A stretch of DNA of 61,146 bases, counting the filler, from Dugesia japonica (Eukaryota): assembly GCA_001938525.1 (NCBI GenBank). It is 3 parts of 3 records of this genome, joined end to end, with 100 filler letters (N's around TTAATTAATTAA, not from the genome) between each part and the next. Parts side by side here need not be neighbours in the genome. Positions count along the whole stretch, not along the records: positions 23,609 to 37,628 come from MQRL01632017.1; 2 more parts are not named here. One strand, written 5' to 3'. The position numbers and the translations under genes were made by a program. The notes below the pieces were generated by a model, which was not told where the DNA came from, did not search any database, and was given only the letters and a program-made list of their open reading frames with translations. Position 1 is the stretch's first letter. Each line of letters starts with the position of its first letter. This document shows, one piece after another, positions 23,609 through 37,628 of the stretch.

Positions 23609-26600
23609 GTAATTACATCATAGATTAACGATCAAATTTCAGATAATCGCACTAATTACATCACTAATCGGCGTGGGGGTTCTACTGAATGTGTGCTGTT
23701 CTTGACCGCCACTATCTATCTACTTATACACAAAATTGCGAGTAAATTCTCTTGCATTATTGAGCAACGGTTCTTGTAATTCACTCAAAAAGCCATGGTT
23801 AATCGAATATACTTATTCACACTAAACTAATTCAAATATCGGGTAACCGTTATGATATACAAATTTTTAATAAAAGTATTAATTAAATATAAATAATAAC
23901 CATTATTAAATTACAAAAGACTTAATGGTTCTCATAAAATTTATTATTAAAACATGTTTCTAAGTCTTCAGAAAAATTCAAATTATTTACATTGTTGACC
24001 ATAAAAAAAGTTTTTTGTAAATTTATTTATTGATTAAATTAATTTCAATATTGTAGCGGTTTTGTTTCTTTCAAATCAAATATTTAGTCAAGATTCTGTG
24101 GAAATATTATTTTCGTAAAATTGTTTAAGAAAATTAAATATTGAATCATTTCTAAATAATTCCATATTAAAATCATTTATCAATTGATTTTTATCTGAGT
24201 CCGACATATTGTTTAATATTATATCGATTTCTGCTTTGACAGAATTAGAATTTTTAATTTTTCTTGAATTGTTCAATTTTGAAAACTTAAAAATATTCTT
24301 GATTTTTCGATTCATTGTCAACTATGTCTTATACAAATGTTTTTCTTTATTATAGATCTAAAAAATTTTTATCAATTTTCGTCAAATAATCATTACTAAA
24401 AGAATAGCAATAAATATCAGGAGTTATTTATAATGAGCATTTGAATTTTTCTTTAAAATTCCGATAAAATTTCTGAAGTATAAATACTATGAAAGTAGGT
24501 AGATAGATCAGAACTGGCGAGAAATTAATTAGAAGTAGGTATTTTTCCATTCGAAACTAATGGTTGTTGTACTATCATTCGATTCTTGCATTTTCATTTA
24601 TGAAATAATGTATACTGTTTTAGTTTATATTGTAATTATTTATGTGTGTACAAGAGTTGTAGTGTTTTACATTGTGTTATATGTGTGATTAATTACATTT
24701 TGTATGACCTTCGACCCTTGACATTATTAAAATGTTTTATGTCTATGAATGTTTGTATGATTATTCGATTTTAAATAATATAAACGAAAATTAAAATTTT
24801 TAACTTATTGTCAATGAATATTGATAAAATTATTGACAGTATGGTTGAGTATATTGATATTAATTATACAGTTTTCATGGAACCATTAAAAGTAGTAAAA
24901 GAAATCTACTTGGGGGATATTCTTAGTGAAAAATTAACGATTCGTAACATTCAAGCAATAAAATGCTCAATTCAAGTAAAGTATTTAATTTGTTATTTAA
25001 TATTATAATAATTTTAATGCATTTTCTTTTGAGATTGGCAATTCGAATCATTCCAAATGTAATGAAGCAAAAGATCTTTAAAAATAAAATTTATTTTGAA
25101 ATAAATTTTGTAATTAAAATAACATTTTTAATTTTATGGTTTTGTTAATTTTCAATGTGATATGGTAAATAATATAAATTTGACTTTAATTAAAAATTAC
25201 TATCCTTTAATTTTTATTCTATTAATTTGTATTTTATATATGATAAATTGAACTTAAATTTTGTACTTATTCATAAATTTATAGTTATAACTAAAAATAA
25301 TTTTCAAAATTTTGAATTATAAATAATAGACTGGAACTATTGAACAATTATTAATTACTTACAATTAATTATTTTCTTTATTTCACTGAGATTATTTTCC
25401 TTTCGTTCAATTACTTCTTTTAATTATTTACTTTCATTTTTTCTTTTATTTATTTTCTTTTTATAAATCACTGTTTAATCTTTCTCAATTGTTTCTTGAA
25501 TTTCACCAATTGTACACCTGATTTCTCTTTTAATTCATGACTGTGTCAACCCAACATTTGTTATATTACTGTATCCGCAAAATGCATTATTGCTAACATA
25601 TAGTGAAATTTTCTGCATTTTTTTTTAATTGATATTTCTAAAATCTATTAAAAAAAAATTAAAAGTTGTGCGCTAGTGTAATGCTTCAAAAAATGTTCAT
25701 CGTAAAGAAATTTTTTAAAGTAAAAAAAAAATTTTGTTTTTGTTTCATTAAAATCTAGGTTTATATCTTAGCTTATATCTTTTTTTATTTTCAAATAATT
25801 TCGTGATATTATTTTATATTCTTTATAAGCAAATTTAGAGTTTAAATAATATATTGAGTTTGACTAGGTTTACTTACTTTGTTGCGAAAAATTTTATTAA
25901 TGGGTCATTCGTATCATATACAAACTCTAAAGGTTATATTACATATGAAATTATTATAAGTAATTCTGTTTTAATTGTATAAATTTGATACGAAAGCCAT
26001 AACTANATTAATTTTAGAGATCATGAGACCAGGTTGTCTGACACGCTAGGAAAATATATTTAAAATAAGTGATCAAAGTTTTTCTTAAGTGGTCTGGGAT
26101 TTTGACCTTTGAAAAAATTGTTTTGTCAATTCACTATGAAACTCAAAGTTTACTAATTTAACATGCGTTTGAGTGGTCAAATTATTGTTTGTTTTAATTT
26201 GATATTTATTAATATTTCGAATTTAATTATATCAACGGATTAAAATACGTGAATCTATTTAAAAGTTAAAACAATATTTATTAAGACTTCAATAGCATTA
26301 ATGAATCCTAACGAAAATTAATTTATTAAAAAATAATTTAAGTAGTAATAAGGCTCCCAAAAAATCCGAGTATTAAAATTGTATTTGTGATTGTGCAATG
26401 AATCTATAACTTTACATATGAAAAAATATGAGAAGTAAATAAGAAATCCAAATAGAAAATACTTTTCGAAATACCTTAAATACTTTCAAAAATATTTCAA
26501 ACGATTCCTGCAGGCTTGAATATTTCGTAGCGTATTTTAGTTGTAGGTCATTCGATTGTGTGATGAATTCAAGTGACTAAAGTTCTTTGAAAGTGAAACC

Positions 26601-27227
26601 CATAAATACACCTTGTTCAGCTGAAATTTGCTTATTATGAGGATGAGAGAATTTTTTAAAAGCACTCTTACTTAGCCAGTTAACTGTGATAGAGGTGTAT
26701 ATACGTCAATCCAAATCCAAATATTTGATGTGTAAATACGTCATGTAAAACTCATTTCGTCAGATATTTGATTATTTAAACAAGTTAATATAATAAATTT
26801 ATACATATTAATATTTTCTTTATATAAGTCAAATAAAAACGTAATAATCCATCACTTTTGATTTAAATTATTGTCTTTCAAATTAAGAACACGTTTTATC
26901 ATCTATGAAATGAATTAAATCATTCATGTCATCAAATATTTTGATGAATTATTTAGAAAGAAATTTTGAAATATTTTTTTTCTCCAAGAGAAAACATGAA
27001 ATGAAAACAGTAAATTACTAGAGCTGTAAGTAATGAAAAAAAAATAAATGTCAAACGATGAAACGATTTGATAATATGATGGAATTAACGCTTTGACTCA
27101 TGTAATTTTGATCTGAAATCTTGATGATTGTATTTTATAAAATTTAAAATTTATATAATTAATGTTTTAATTTTAAATTAGTTTTTTATTTTTAGTTTTA
27201 TTTTTAATTGCTAACATTAATAAAGAC

Positions 27228-28330
27228 CAGCGAATCCAAAGATTCGATTCGGATTCGATTAGAAAAATTGTATTTGGATCCGATTCGAAATTTTATTGGA
27301 TTCGTTTCGAATCCGAATCTAAAATATACCCTTTTCATTGAAAAGTTTTCAAGTTAATAAAATTGAATTCATATTTTAATATTATCGTCTTTTATTGTTT
27401 GCAAATATCTTGTTGAATACAAATTAATGTCCAAATTATTATTTATACATAATAATAAAGCATATTTGTTTGAATTTATACTAAATTTAAATTTATTGAT
27501 ACTCCTGGCACTTTGATCTTCATCAACTTTTTTTGATCTCTAAAGAACTTTTTAAGATNTCACCAATTCATTCACACTTCACTAAATCAAAGGATGAGAA
27601 ATATTACCATTGTAAAAAATGCGACAAAAAGTATGTAGTAAATGATGGTGGAACTACTTCTCATCTATGGAAGCACATACGTGATTTTCACGCTGAAATT
27701 TACACCAAAAATCCACTATTAAGAATGATTCAGTCAAAACAAGTTAATCTAGCTTGGTCAATTTATTTAAAAATCCTTTATTAAATGAATCCAAACATAA
27801 ATTTGATAAAACTATTTTAGATTTCATAGTTATGGATGGTTGACCATTCGAAACAGTTGCTGGAATTGGATTTAAAAAATTATGCCGAACAGTTATATCA
27901 GAAGATTATACACCACCACACCCAACCNNNNNNNNNNNNNNNNNNNNNNNNNNNNNNNNNNNNNAGAAATTATTATTTACTGAGGAAATCAAATCTCAAC
28001 TTGAATCTACAAAGTATCATGTAACTTTTGACCATTGGCTTGCATCTAATTATTCTAATTTTCTTNNNNNNNNNNNNNNNNNNNNNNNNNNNNNNNNNNN
28101 NNNNNNNNNNNNNNNNNNNNNNNNNNNNNNNNNNNNNNNNNNNNNNNNNNNNNNNNNNNNNNNNNNNNNNNNNNNNNNNNNNNNNNNNNNNNNNNNNNNN
28201 NNNNNNNNNNNNNNNNNNNNNNNNNNNNNNNNNNNNNNAATACGATGCCATGTACTGCTAGATTAATGGGGATTTAATGACATGGAGGTTGCGCGCACAA
28301 ATTGCAACTCTGTATCAAAGCCTCGTTTGT
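27228..28330 (+). mobile_element. hAT (Ac-like) element 5' part with BED zinc finger
   Basis: Subterminal GATTCG/CGAATC repeats at about 27230-27320; SPIHSHF..HCKKC..GTTSHLWKHIRDFH; then FIVMDG*PFETVAGIGFKKL and VTFDHW (first catalytic D). Confidence 0.82.
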
Positions 28331-28342
28331 TGTTACATTAAA

Positions 28343-28451
28343 TAACGGATATTACCAAATAATATGAATCGTACTATTTAAATAGTATGACCAAAAAATT
28401 AATTACGGTCATATTATTTGAGTTGCTCATACTGTTTCGTAATATCCGTTA
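28343..28451. repeat. Imperfect palindrome of about 110 bp
   Basis: taacggatattac/gtaatatccgtta outer arms and aaatagtatgacc/ggtcatattattt inner arms. Confidence 0.7.
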
Positions 28452-28454
28452 GTT

Positions 28455-29388
28455 AAAAGTTTGGGTGCTACCATTTAACTGATTTCATGGGCTAAATTCA
28501 TTTTTCGTAAAGAATAGTAAAGTTTATTAAATTAAAAACTTTTTCATCGTATTTTGTTTATGCTAACATTTGTTATGGCTTCGATATTAGTGTGATCCGT
28601 ATGGTATCTTTATATTGTCTTGTCATAGCTATCAAAGCTACATACTTACTACAATTGATTTATTATACCAAGAACATATCTTTTTCGATCTCTTGTATCC
28701 GGCAGTGGTCCACACACATCTATAAATAATAGTTCAAACATTTTGGCTGACTGTCTTTCTTGTTTCTTCCATCGATTTTGTTGTTAACACTTTAGCTGTA
28801 TGGCATGTTATACAACTTCGGACAACCTCTTGTAATTGGCTCCACAAAATGTTTCGACATGAAACATTGTGCACATGAATCGCACTGACTCCTTGCCAAC
28901 ATATTTGCATTTGTATGCAGTGATACTTTTTTATATTCTAATTTTATATTTAAAATGTGATCGGCTTCTTGGTATTTAGCATAAAAGTGATGGCTTTATG
29001 GTCTGTTCTGAGAATAACTCTTTTCCCATATAAGTAATGTTTGAAATGAATACAAAAGTAGTAAATTGCGAGCAATTCTTTCCGCGTAGTACAATATCCA
29101 TTCTCATGACTCGTCATTGCGTGTGACCCATATGCAATTACCATTTCTTGCCCATTGTTGTACCTTTGGTATAGTACTGCACCAATCCTATCGAAACTTG
29201 CATTTGTGTCTAAAATAAATCCTCTATTTATATCTGGAAAACATAATATTACAGAAATCATTAGTGCTTCTTTCATTCCATTAAAAACTTCTTCTAATTC
29301 GTCCGTACATTCAATTTTCTTGTTACTCGGTCCACTTCACAGTTGTTCCAGCAATCTAGCTTTTTTCGAATAATCTTTAATAAACTTG
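28455..29388 (-). mobile_element. Ty3/gypsy pol fragment (RT connection, RNase H, partial integrase)
   Basis: KFIKDYSKKAR; FILDTNASFDRIGAVLYQ..IAYGS..YCTTRKELLAI..HYLYGK..RTDHKA; downstream GPLP-like and IHTD integrase pieces. Domain order RT-RH-IN. Confidence 0.92.
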
Positions 29389-31922
29389 AGTAGATAGATA
29401 GTGGCACACGGGCACAATTTGACAATGAGCCAAAATTCAGGCACAATTATTTTTAAGCAGTTATCGAGTCCCCCTCTCCCTTCCCCCCGTGGGCTCGGAA
29501 ACACATTACGCTTAAGCTGCGTTTTTTTAACCATGACTTTTGTGATCGATTTTTTTTTCTTAGATTTTTGGGATCAAAAATTTTTTGATCGGATNAAATT
29601 ATTTTTTAATCTCATTAGTTTTTTTTATCCTGAAGGTGTGTGTNTATTTTTAAATTTTAAATTTTCTTTGTGTTTGGGTTGTTAAGGTGCTTTTTAAAAA
29701 GTAGGTGAAGTTGTGTTTGTGTGTTTGGTTGTGTGTGTGTGTGTGGAAAAGACTGAAAAAACGATTAGGAGTAGCTGGAGATCTTGGGGATAATTTTTTT
29801 TGAATTTTGAAGATTTATTTCTTGTCAGACGAAAATTTGGTCTATATATTGTCTAAAAGACTTATGACTTTGGATGGATGGTTTTAACCACAAGGGTAGT
29901 GGCACACGCCACAAAATATGAGTTATCGTGGGTGGTTTTTGTTTTGGTTGTAGTTTTTATGTTGTTGATGGAATTTGTTGTATGATGGCTTGTTGGAGAG
30001 GTAATGTGATGTTGAAGATGTTGGTTGTCGAATGTGCTTTGATTTTTTATTTTAAGGACTTCTTTCTGATTGGTTTATTTTGTAAGTAGTAAAGATGTGT
30101 TAAAAAAAATTTTCGTGAGGTGGAGGTTGGTATGTATGGAAAGAGAATTAATTATCGGATTTTTTAAGATTTATTTGAAATTTTTCTGTCAGGTTGTTAT
30201 GACGTCATAAATTTTTAAAATAATTAATTTAGTAAAAAATGCTGTATATTGCATAATTTGATGAATTTAATGAAAGTAATATCATTTTTGAGTTTTTGAT
30301 TAAAATTTGGTTATTTTTTCGGTATGTTGATCGGGGAAGTTTTGTTTTGTAAGATTTTCGACTGGGGAGGAGGGGAGTCTTGATATTTTTGAAAACTTTT
30401 TTGGCGGGAAATTTAAAATTTTTTTTTTGGCGGGAAATTTAATAAAAAAATCTTTTTGGCGGGAAATTCAAAAAACTATTATTCTGGCGGGAAATTCAAA
30501 AAAATTATTTTGGCATGAAATTTAAAAAAAATTATTTTGGCGGGAAATTCAAAAAAAAATATTTTGGCGGGAAATTTAAAAAAAATTATTTTGGCGGGAA
30601 ATTCAAAAAAAAATATTTTGGTGGGAAATTCAAAAAAATTATTTTCGACGGATATTGAAAAAAGGAAATTTTTCATTGCAATGGGGGAAAATATTTTATT
30701 ACAATTAAATTAAATTAAATTAAATTACTTTTTTTATGTAAGAGATGGAGTAGTCTTGATATTTTGCATAAGATGGGCAATCTTGATAGTTTTTAAGATA
30801 TTTGTGCATGGTATGGGCAGTCTTGATATTTTTAAGATATTATTACACATTTTTTAAGATTTTAATACAAGATATCAGAGTCTTGGTATTTTGCATGGTA
30901 TGAGCAGTCTTGAAATTTTGAATAGGGAGCCTCTATATTTAGCATGGGATGGGACAGTCTAAAATTCATAGGCATGTAATTTTCAGTTTATGTGTGTTGC
31001 ATCTAAGCTGTATACCTTTTGCATTTAAAATATCAATAAAAATTCCTAGACATGTGATTTTTAATGTATGTGTGTTGCATCTGAGTTGTAACTGAGTTAC
31101 ATTTAAAAAAATCAAAATGGTGGCTATATTGAGTTTTAAAGATTCTCAGACTTGTGATTTTCATTGTAAATGTGTTGCAGCTGTAATGCTTCTGAGTTGC
31201 ATTTATGAAAATATATCTATCAAAAAACTTCAAAGAGGAAAGTCTGTGTGATTTTATATAATAAAATATAACTTTTATTAAAATATTCAAATAAAAAAGT
31301 TCAAAGAGAGGAGTCTTTGTGATATTTACATGTTAAAATATATCTATCAAAAAACCTCAACAAGGGAAGTATTTGAGATATTTACATGTTAAAATGTATC
31401 TATCAAAAATAATCAAANAGNNNANTNTNNNTNANATANTANATANNAAATATAACTTTTTTTNAAATATTCAAATAAAAAACCTCAAAGAGAGGAGTCA
31501 TTGTGATATTTAAATGATAAAAATATAACTATTAAAAATCATCATAGAGGGGAGTCTTTGTGATATATACATGAATAGATATTCAAATTAAAACTTTTCA
31601 TTACAAAATGATAAAAACATAGAACTTTATTCAAAAACATATTACTAGTGCTAATTTTCTATAAAAAATATCATTAGTGATGCAATTTTTTAATAAAAAA
31701 TCTCATTACCGTTGCAATTTTAAATAAAATATATCATTACCGATGTAATTTTTAATAGAAAATCTCTTTAGTTTTACTATTTCTAATAAAAAATCTCATT
31801 AGTGATGTAATTTTCCATTAAAAAAACATATTGACAATGAAGATTTCTTAAAATAAAACATATTGGTGATACAATTTGTCCATAAAAATACATATTACTA
31901 GTGAGAATTTTCTATAAAAAAA
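29389..31922. repeat. Non-coding element arm containing successive different minisatellites
   Basis: Abruptly replaces gypsy pol; TAGTGGCACACG twice; arrays with units of about 27 bp (30398-30660), 28 bp (30745-30960), 55-60 bp (31205-31580) and 32 bp (31630-31922). Confidence 0.7.
30398..30660 (+). repeat. 27-29 bp minisatellite built on TTTGGCGGGAAATT(C/T)AAA
   Basis: About ten copies, seven with intact GGCGGGAAA. Confidence 0.92.
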
Positions 31923-32704
31923 NNNNNNNNNNNNNNNNNNNNNNNNNNNNNNNNNNNNNNNNNNNNNNNNNNNNNNNNNNNNNNNNNNNNNNNNNNNNNN
32001 NNNNNNNNNNNNNNNNNNNNNNNNNNNNNNNNNNNNNNNNNNNNNNNNNNNNNNNNNTATTTTGATATCTGTATAGGAATTATGAGTGTATATGGTTTAA
32101 TGGTGTATATAATTTAGGAGTGAAGAGGGTTAAAGAAGAATTAGTAAAAGAAAAGAAAAGGAAAGGGTAAAAGAAAGTACTGGGTTAAGAAGGAAGAGGG
32201 TAAAAAAAGAAAAAAGAGGGTAAAAGAAGAAGAGGGTAAAAAAGAAGGAAGAGGGTTTATGAGTGTATGTTTTCGTGTATGTATACGTTCAGTAGAATAT
32301 TAATTATATAATACGATATCCACATATAACAATGGGGAAAATCAACACCCGAAACTCATGAAACCTATCGTTGTTCATTTAGTTTTAAATTACGAATCAT
32401 AAAATCACTTTGTTGAGTAGAAATACCCAACATAATAATAGTAATAATAATATTTAGAGATTATTATTTATCAGGGTTTGGTTGCGTGGTTAAAAATCCT
32501 CACTGTTTTGTTGAGATATACTTTTTTTTGTTTCCGAAATCCCATATCATAAAATTTCAGAAGTTCCATTTTAAATTTTAATAAAGTTCTAGAATCTAGA
32601 ACAGTGTCTCGCAAGCTTTTTTAGTCTGCGGCACCAAAATATAAATTTTTTTCTAGAATCTAGAAATATTCTACATTTTGTTTGATAATATACAGTGTAT
32701 AATA

Positions 32705-34326
32705 AAGTCCCTTTCAAAAGTCGATTCGCAACCATGTAAATTTATAAGTCGATACGTATCTTTAACTTTTTCAATTTGCTTGAGTAATGTAAATTGCAAA
32801 ATATAGTAAATAATATTTTTAAAAATGTTATCAACTTATATTAAATGTNNNNNNNNNNNNNNNNNACATTTTAGATATAATGAATAATCGAAACGTCTTG
32901 ATGAAGCACAGAATAATAATTGTGGAATTGATGATGGAAGGGTATATTACTTGCTCAATAAAGCAAATAATGACGAACAGGCATCATATTGATCTGTCAA
33001 AGTGTGGCATTTAAAACATTTTCTATAAATATAAGACCAAAGGAATGTATGTGGATCGGAAACGCAGTGGAATACCACCAAAATTATCAATACGATCACA
33101 CAGATTTATAGAAAAATAGAAGCATGTCGTTAACGGAAATAGCACGTACTTGTAACATGGATANCATTCAACATGTGTTCAGATGCACAATTCATAGCAT
33201 TCTCAATAAGTACGGATTAAGAAGTCATCAGGCTGTTAGCAAGTCGTTGGTCAATGATAAGCAAAAGAAAAGAAGATTGCAATGGGCGATATCTAAATAG
33301 CAATGGGATGTTGATAAATGGACACATTTTTTCTTCATTGATGAATCAATGTTTCGCACATATAATCATAGTCGCTCCCAAAGAATTAGGTGGTTTCAAC
33401 ATGAAAGATTAAGTCNTATTTATACTAAGAAGGTTATTCAATATGGTGTGCAAATCCATGTTTGGGGATGCTTTTCACGATTCGGTGTAGGAATTTTGAA
33501 ATGAATACAGGGTACGTTGAATTCTGCAATCTATCAAAACAAGATTGTCAATGGCATTGACCTAGTTGGCAATTGTTTGGTCTTCCATCTTCGTAGATTT
33601 ATATTGCAGCATGACAATGCTCCTTGCCTGCATCAACATTATCTTTTCTCAGTGAACGTCAAATCGAAATATTAAATTGGCCTGCGAGTTCTCCTGATGC
33701 CAATCCGATTGAAAATTTGGGGCATTTCATAAATATCAAAATAAAAAGGCCTTGGAACCTCTAAATGCTGATGAAATGTGGACGGAGTTACAAATAATTT
33801 CGTATAATATACTCACTTTCTTATGTCGCTGACTCATAGATTCCATGCTTCGAAGAGTGTCTTCTATTATCAAGATGAAAGGATACACAACAAAATATTA
33901 ATAAAACTTACTATCTTGTTTATTGTGAAAATTAAACTTTGTATAATTATTCACTTTTTTAAAATTTTTAACCATTGATCTGTGAAATAAAAAAATTAAA
34001 TATTTTCAAAATTACGAAAATAAACTAAGGCGTAGATCAAAAAAGTTTCAAAAAAATAAGATTAAATCAAAAATTTTGGAAAAAATAAAAAACATTTTTT
34101 GAAAACGTTTTTGTTATTTTAATAAAATTTTTAAAAAGAAACATTTTTTGAAACTGTTTTGATCTACGCCTTAGTTTATTTTCGTAATTTTGAAAATATT
34201 TAATTCTTTTAAACTTACAATCGTTTGTAAATATAATGTTTCTTCTTTTTCTATTGACTTTTCAAACGACTTTTCTGTAATTTTTGTAATTTACATTGGT
34301 GCGAACAGACTTTTGAAACGGACAAG
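32705..34326 (+). mobile_element. Near full-length decayed Tc1-family transposon
   Basis: Inverted ends gtccctttcaaaagtcgattcgcaaccatgtaaatt / aatttacattggtgcgaacagacttttgaaacggac with TA flanks; FFIDESMF, HVWGCFSRFGVG, LQHDNAPC, WPASSPDANPIENL. Confidence 0.92.
33948..34206. repeat. Palindromic dispersed repeat (second copy 52683-52982)
   Basis: aaatattttcaaaattacgaaaataaactaaggcgtagatcaaaaa and its reverse complement; a near-identical left arm and flank recur at 52683-52790. Confidence 0.8.
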
Positions 34327-37300
34327 TATTTAAAACAGAATGAATGAAATGAATGAATTGCGAGAAAGAATCTGTACCATTCGATTTTTTCTATTACATC
34401 TCCGTAATTAATCTCACAAGTTGTTTATCTCATTCACCATTGTTGAAAAGGTGGTTATCTTTTTACCGCGGTTATAACAATCATATTTTTTTGTTGTTGA
34501 AGGATTATTACTGCTCTTTATTTCCGCAGTTCATGACGCCTTTATAGTCTTAAAGATACATCCTCATATTTATATTTAGTGAATCAGGTAAGTTAGTAAG
34601 TTCTAAAGTTGACCTTCACTATTCGTAACCTCATAATATCATTAATAAGTTAAAGACATATCGTAAAATTTTGTGAGGATTTAAGTCATAACAACTTTTA
34701 TCAGTTTATCAATTTATATGGGTTAAATATTATTAATAATTGCATTATTGATTAAGAATTGATTAAAAAGTGATTATTATTATTAATTAACAAGTAATTA
34801 TTAAATTAATTAAGAAATTATTTAACTTTGAAAGTTTATTAATAGCTATCATTACAAGTAATTGTTACATTTCTCATTACCAATCAAGTGTTTATTAAAT
34901 TAAAGTACATAGTAAGTGTGAGAATCATTATGAGCATTATGTATATTAATTTCATCTTATCATTAATTATAGCAAATTAATAGAAACCAATGTATAACTT
35001 ATTTAACTTGTATCGAAAGCAGATGTGTAAACTCAGTGAGTGAAAATTAATAATTGACAAGTTCTAATAGATTATCTAGTAACAAGTAGTTGTCAACTTT
35101 AATCAGAAATAATTAAATTTTTTTGATTTGTTATTTCTGAAAATTTCAACAATATTTTTATTTATTGTTAATCAATNNNNNNNNNNNNNNNNNNNNNNNN
35201 NNNNNNNNNNNNNNNNNNNNNNNNNNNNNNNNNNNNNNNNNNNNNNNNNNNNNNNNNNNNNNNNNNNNNNNNNNNNNNNNNNNNNNNNNNNNNNNNNNNN
35301 NNNNNCCTTATAACTTTTCAATAATTAAGCTATGATTTCTTAACTTAGATTCTATGGTATTTTTTATTCGAAAATTTCTTTTCATATTTTATCAATAAAA
35401 ACATTATTATAATTTAATTTTGCGTAAAATTAATTCCGTTTCTATAAAAAATCATTCTTTTTTAAATGATTTATTTAATTTTCTCTGAATTAGTTTACCA
35501 GTCGGTTGATAATTTTCTATTTTAAGCGGAAAAGTTTTCTAAATCAATATTTTTTCTAGCTCTTCATCTCATAAATAATTCATTTGTCTTCTTTTCTTCG
35601 TTATTAAATAATAATTTTAATATTTAATGCTTTCTTCTCGTATTGGTGATCTTCAAAAATGAATTATTCTATTTTCAATTTTTCTTGGCCTTTTTATCAC
35701 CTTTTTTCCTGTTTTATTTTCCGTTGTTCTATTTGCTACTGGTTTCTTCTTTGCCTGCTTTGTTTATCCTTCTATTTTTTATTTTTGTCTTAGTAATTGG
35801 TTATTATTTTTGTTTATATAGTTTTTCATTCTTGATATCTTCACACTTAATTCTTTATTCAAAAATCTGTGGGCATACTATACTTTTGAGCTCATTTCTT
35901 CTTCTACCAACATCTTATATTGGGTGTTCTACCCCAACAAAATAATTTAAATAATCAATGCATATATAAAATTATTTAAATAAGTTTTTTTATTAAAATT
36001 AATTAAATTTCTTTTATGAATGGGAAAACTTAAGAGCTAAATCCGGAGTTTTGAAGAATAATTCCTTGGATACCAGAATTGAAAAATTGATTAATCCCAG
36101 AATTTAACAAGACTGTAATCTTGTGGTTAAAACACTAATGGAAATATGTTGAATCATAAATTCTATTTAAGAGTACAATTATAAAATAAATAAACTGTCA
36201 ATACTGTTGTTTACATAATTTAACTTAGTAAAATACTCAGACAATCAATTCAATGTTGTAACATGAACAAATATCACAAAACTTTTATTTCATAACCTTT
36301 CTTCCGAAGATGTTTCTAATTCTTTGTTCACTGTAAACGCATTTTTCGAGTATTTCATAAAAGAAATGGAAAAGTTGCACTGAAAGTAATTTTTCTACAT
36401 GAATTATATTTATTAAAAACTTTTTTTTCGAGAACAGATCCTTTTAATATAAAATTATTAATGAAATTAACTGTTTTACTTGTAAATTTAGTTTCACTTT
36501 AATTAATTCCATGAAAAGATTTAAAATAAATTTTTATTTAATAAAAAATTTAATTTTATATTTGCAATTATTTTTAAAATTATTTATTAGTAAATTAAAT
36601 TAAACCAAATATTTTTTTAAAATATTTTAATTTAATTTCAATTTCAAGGAAATGAATTATGGAAATTTTGTTCTCGATATTTTTAATTAACAAAACAATG
36701 ATAAATATATTTAATTAAATAATTTATCATTTTCCATTTTAATTTGATTATCGATTACATTTCCCCGTAAATTAGTTTTCTATCGTAAATTTATTGCCTA
36801 TTAAATATTCGAGACGTTTTATTCTCTAATATTTTCTTTTTTTTTAAACTGTTTATTAGACATGAAAACAGGCTATAATTGTGAATTTCTAATAAGATAT
36901 TTGTTTGTTAAATAAATGATAAATGTTAATTTGAAATTGTGATATTAAAACAAAAGTATAAAGATAAAGAATAAAAAAAATAATTATTTAAAATTAATTC
37001 CATAGGCAAGGATTTTTGGATTTAATGAAGCTCCAGGTAGTAGTTACATCCACAAATTAAAGTTTATTTGAATTTATATTACATTCTACAAAAATCTTAA
37101 ATGATACATAATAAAAAAAACAAACGGATTTAAATTCTTAATAGTAGCCACAATTAACTCGAAAAAGGATAGCATTTGTCCACCGTCGATACATTGTCAT
37201 TTTCTATTGACCAGGACTCATTCACTAGCAGCATACAGAAGAGACTNTTTGAAATTTAAATATTGTATTTTCATTACAAACAGTTAATTAAAATAAATTA

Positions 37301-37628
37301 TTTTCGTGGCGCCACACCGTGAATATCCTAAACCATAGCCAAATGGAATTCTTGTCAGAGTAGCGTTTAAATTGTCTTTCGGGTGAGATTTTTTGTACAA
37401 CTATCAAACTGACTTCGAAGTGCTCTACTGTCTCTTGAGGTAGTTAATGAGTTCGAGTTTGAAATTGATTGTGGCCTATTTATTGTTCATTATGAAGATT
37501 TGAGCTTCGAATATAAATTATAAATTATTTATAAACCTATTTTAAAAATAATTTATATCTATTATATAATATAATAGATATAAATTATTTGATATTTATA
37601 AAATATCAATTAAAAATTTTATCTAACT

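Noticed and set aside
24088-26760. Exon-like pieces as upstream exons of the coiled-coil gene
   Set aside because: Contain stops and lie across an artificial linker.
30398-31922. CRISPR-like array, and ORF 30479-30676
   Set aside because: No unique spacers, eukaryotic context, no cas genes; the ORF is just the translated minisatellite.
32587-32664. ttctagaatctagaa duplicated around a short hAT-like terminus
   Set aside because: Too short to define an element.
35643-35945. 100-aa hydrophobic ORF as a membrane protein
   Set aside because: Antisense shadow of an A-rich, stop-riddled minus-strand stretch.
36297-36379. Isolated AG..GT exon-like segment
   Set aside because: No compatible neighbouring exons or recognisable product.
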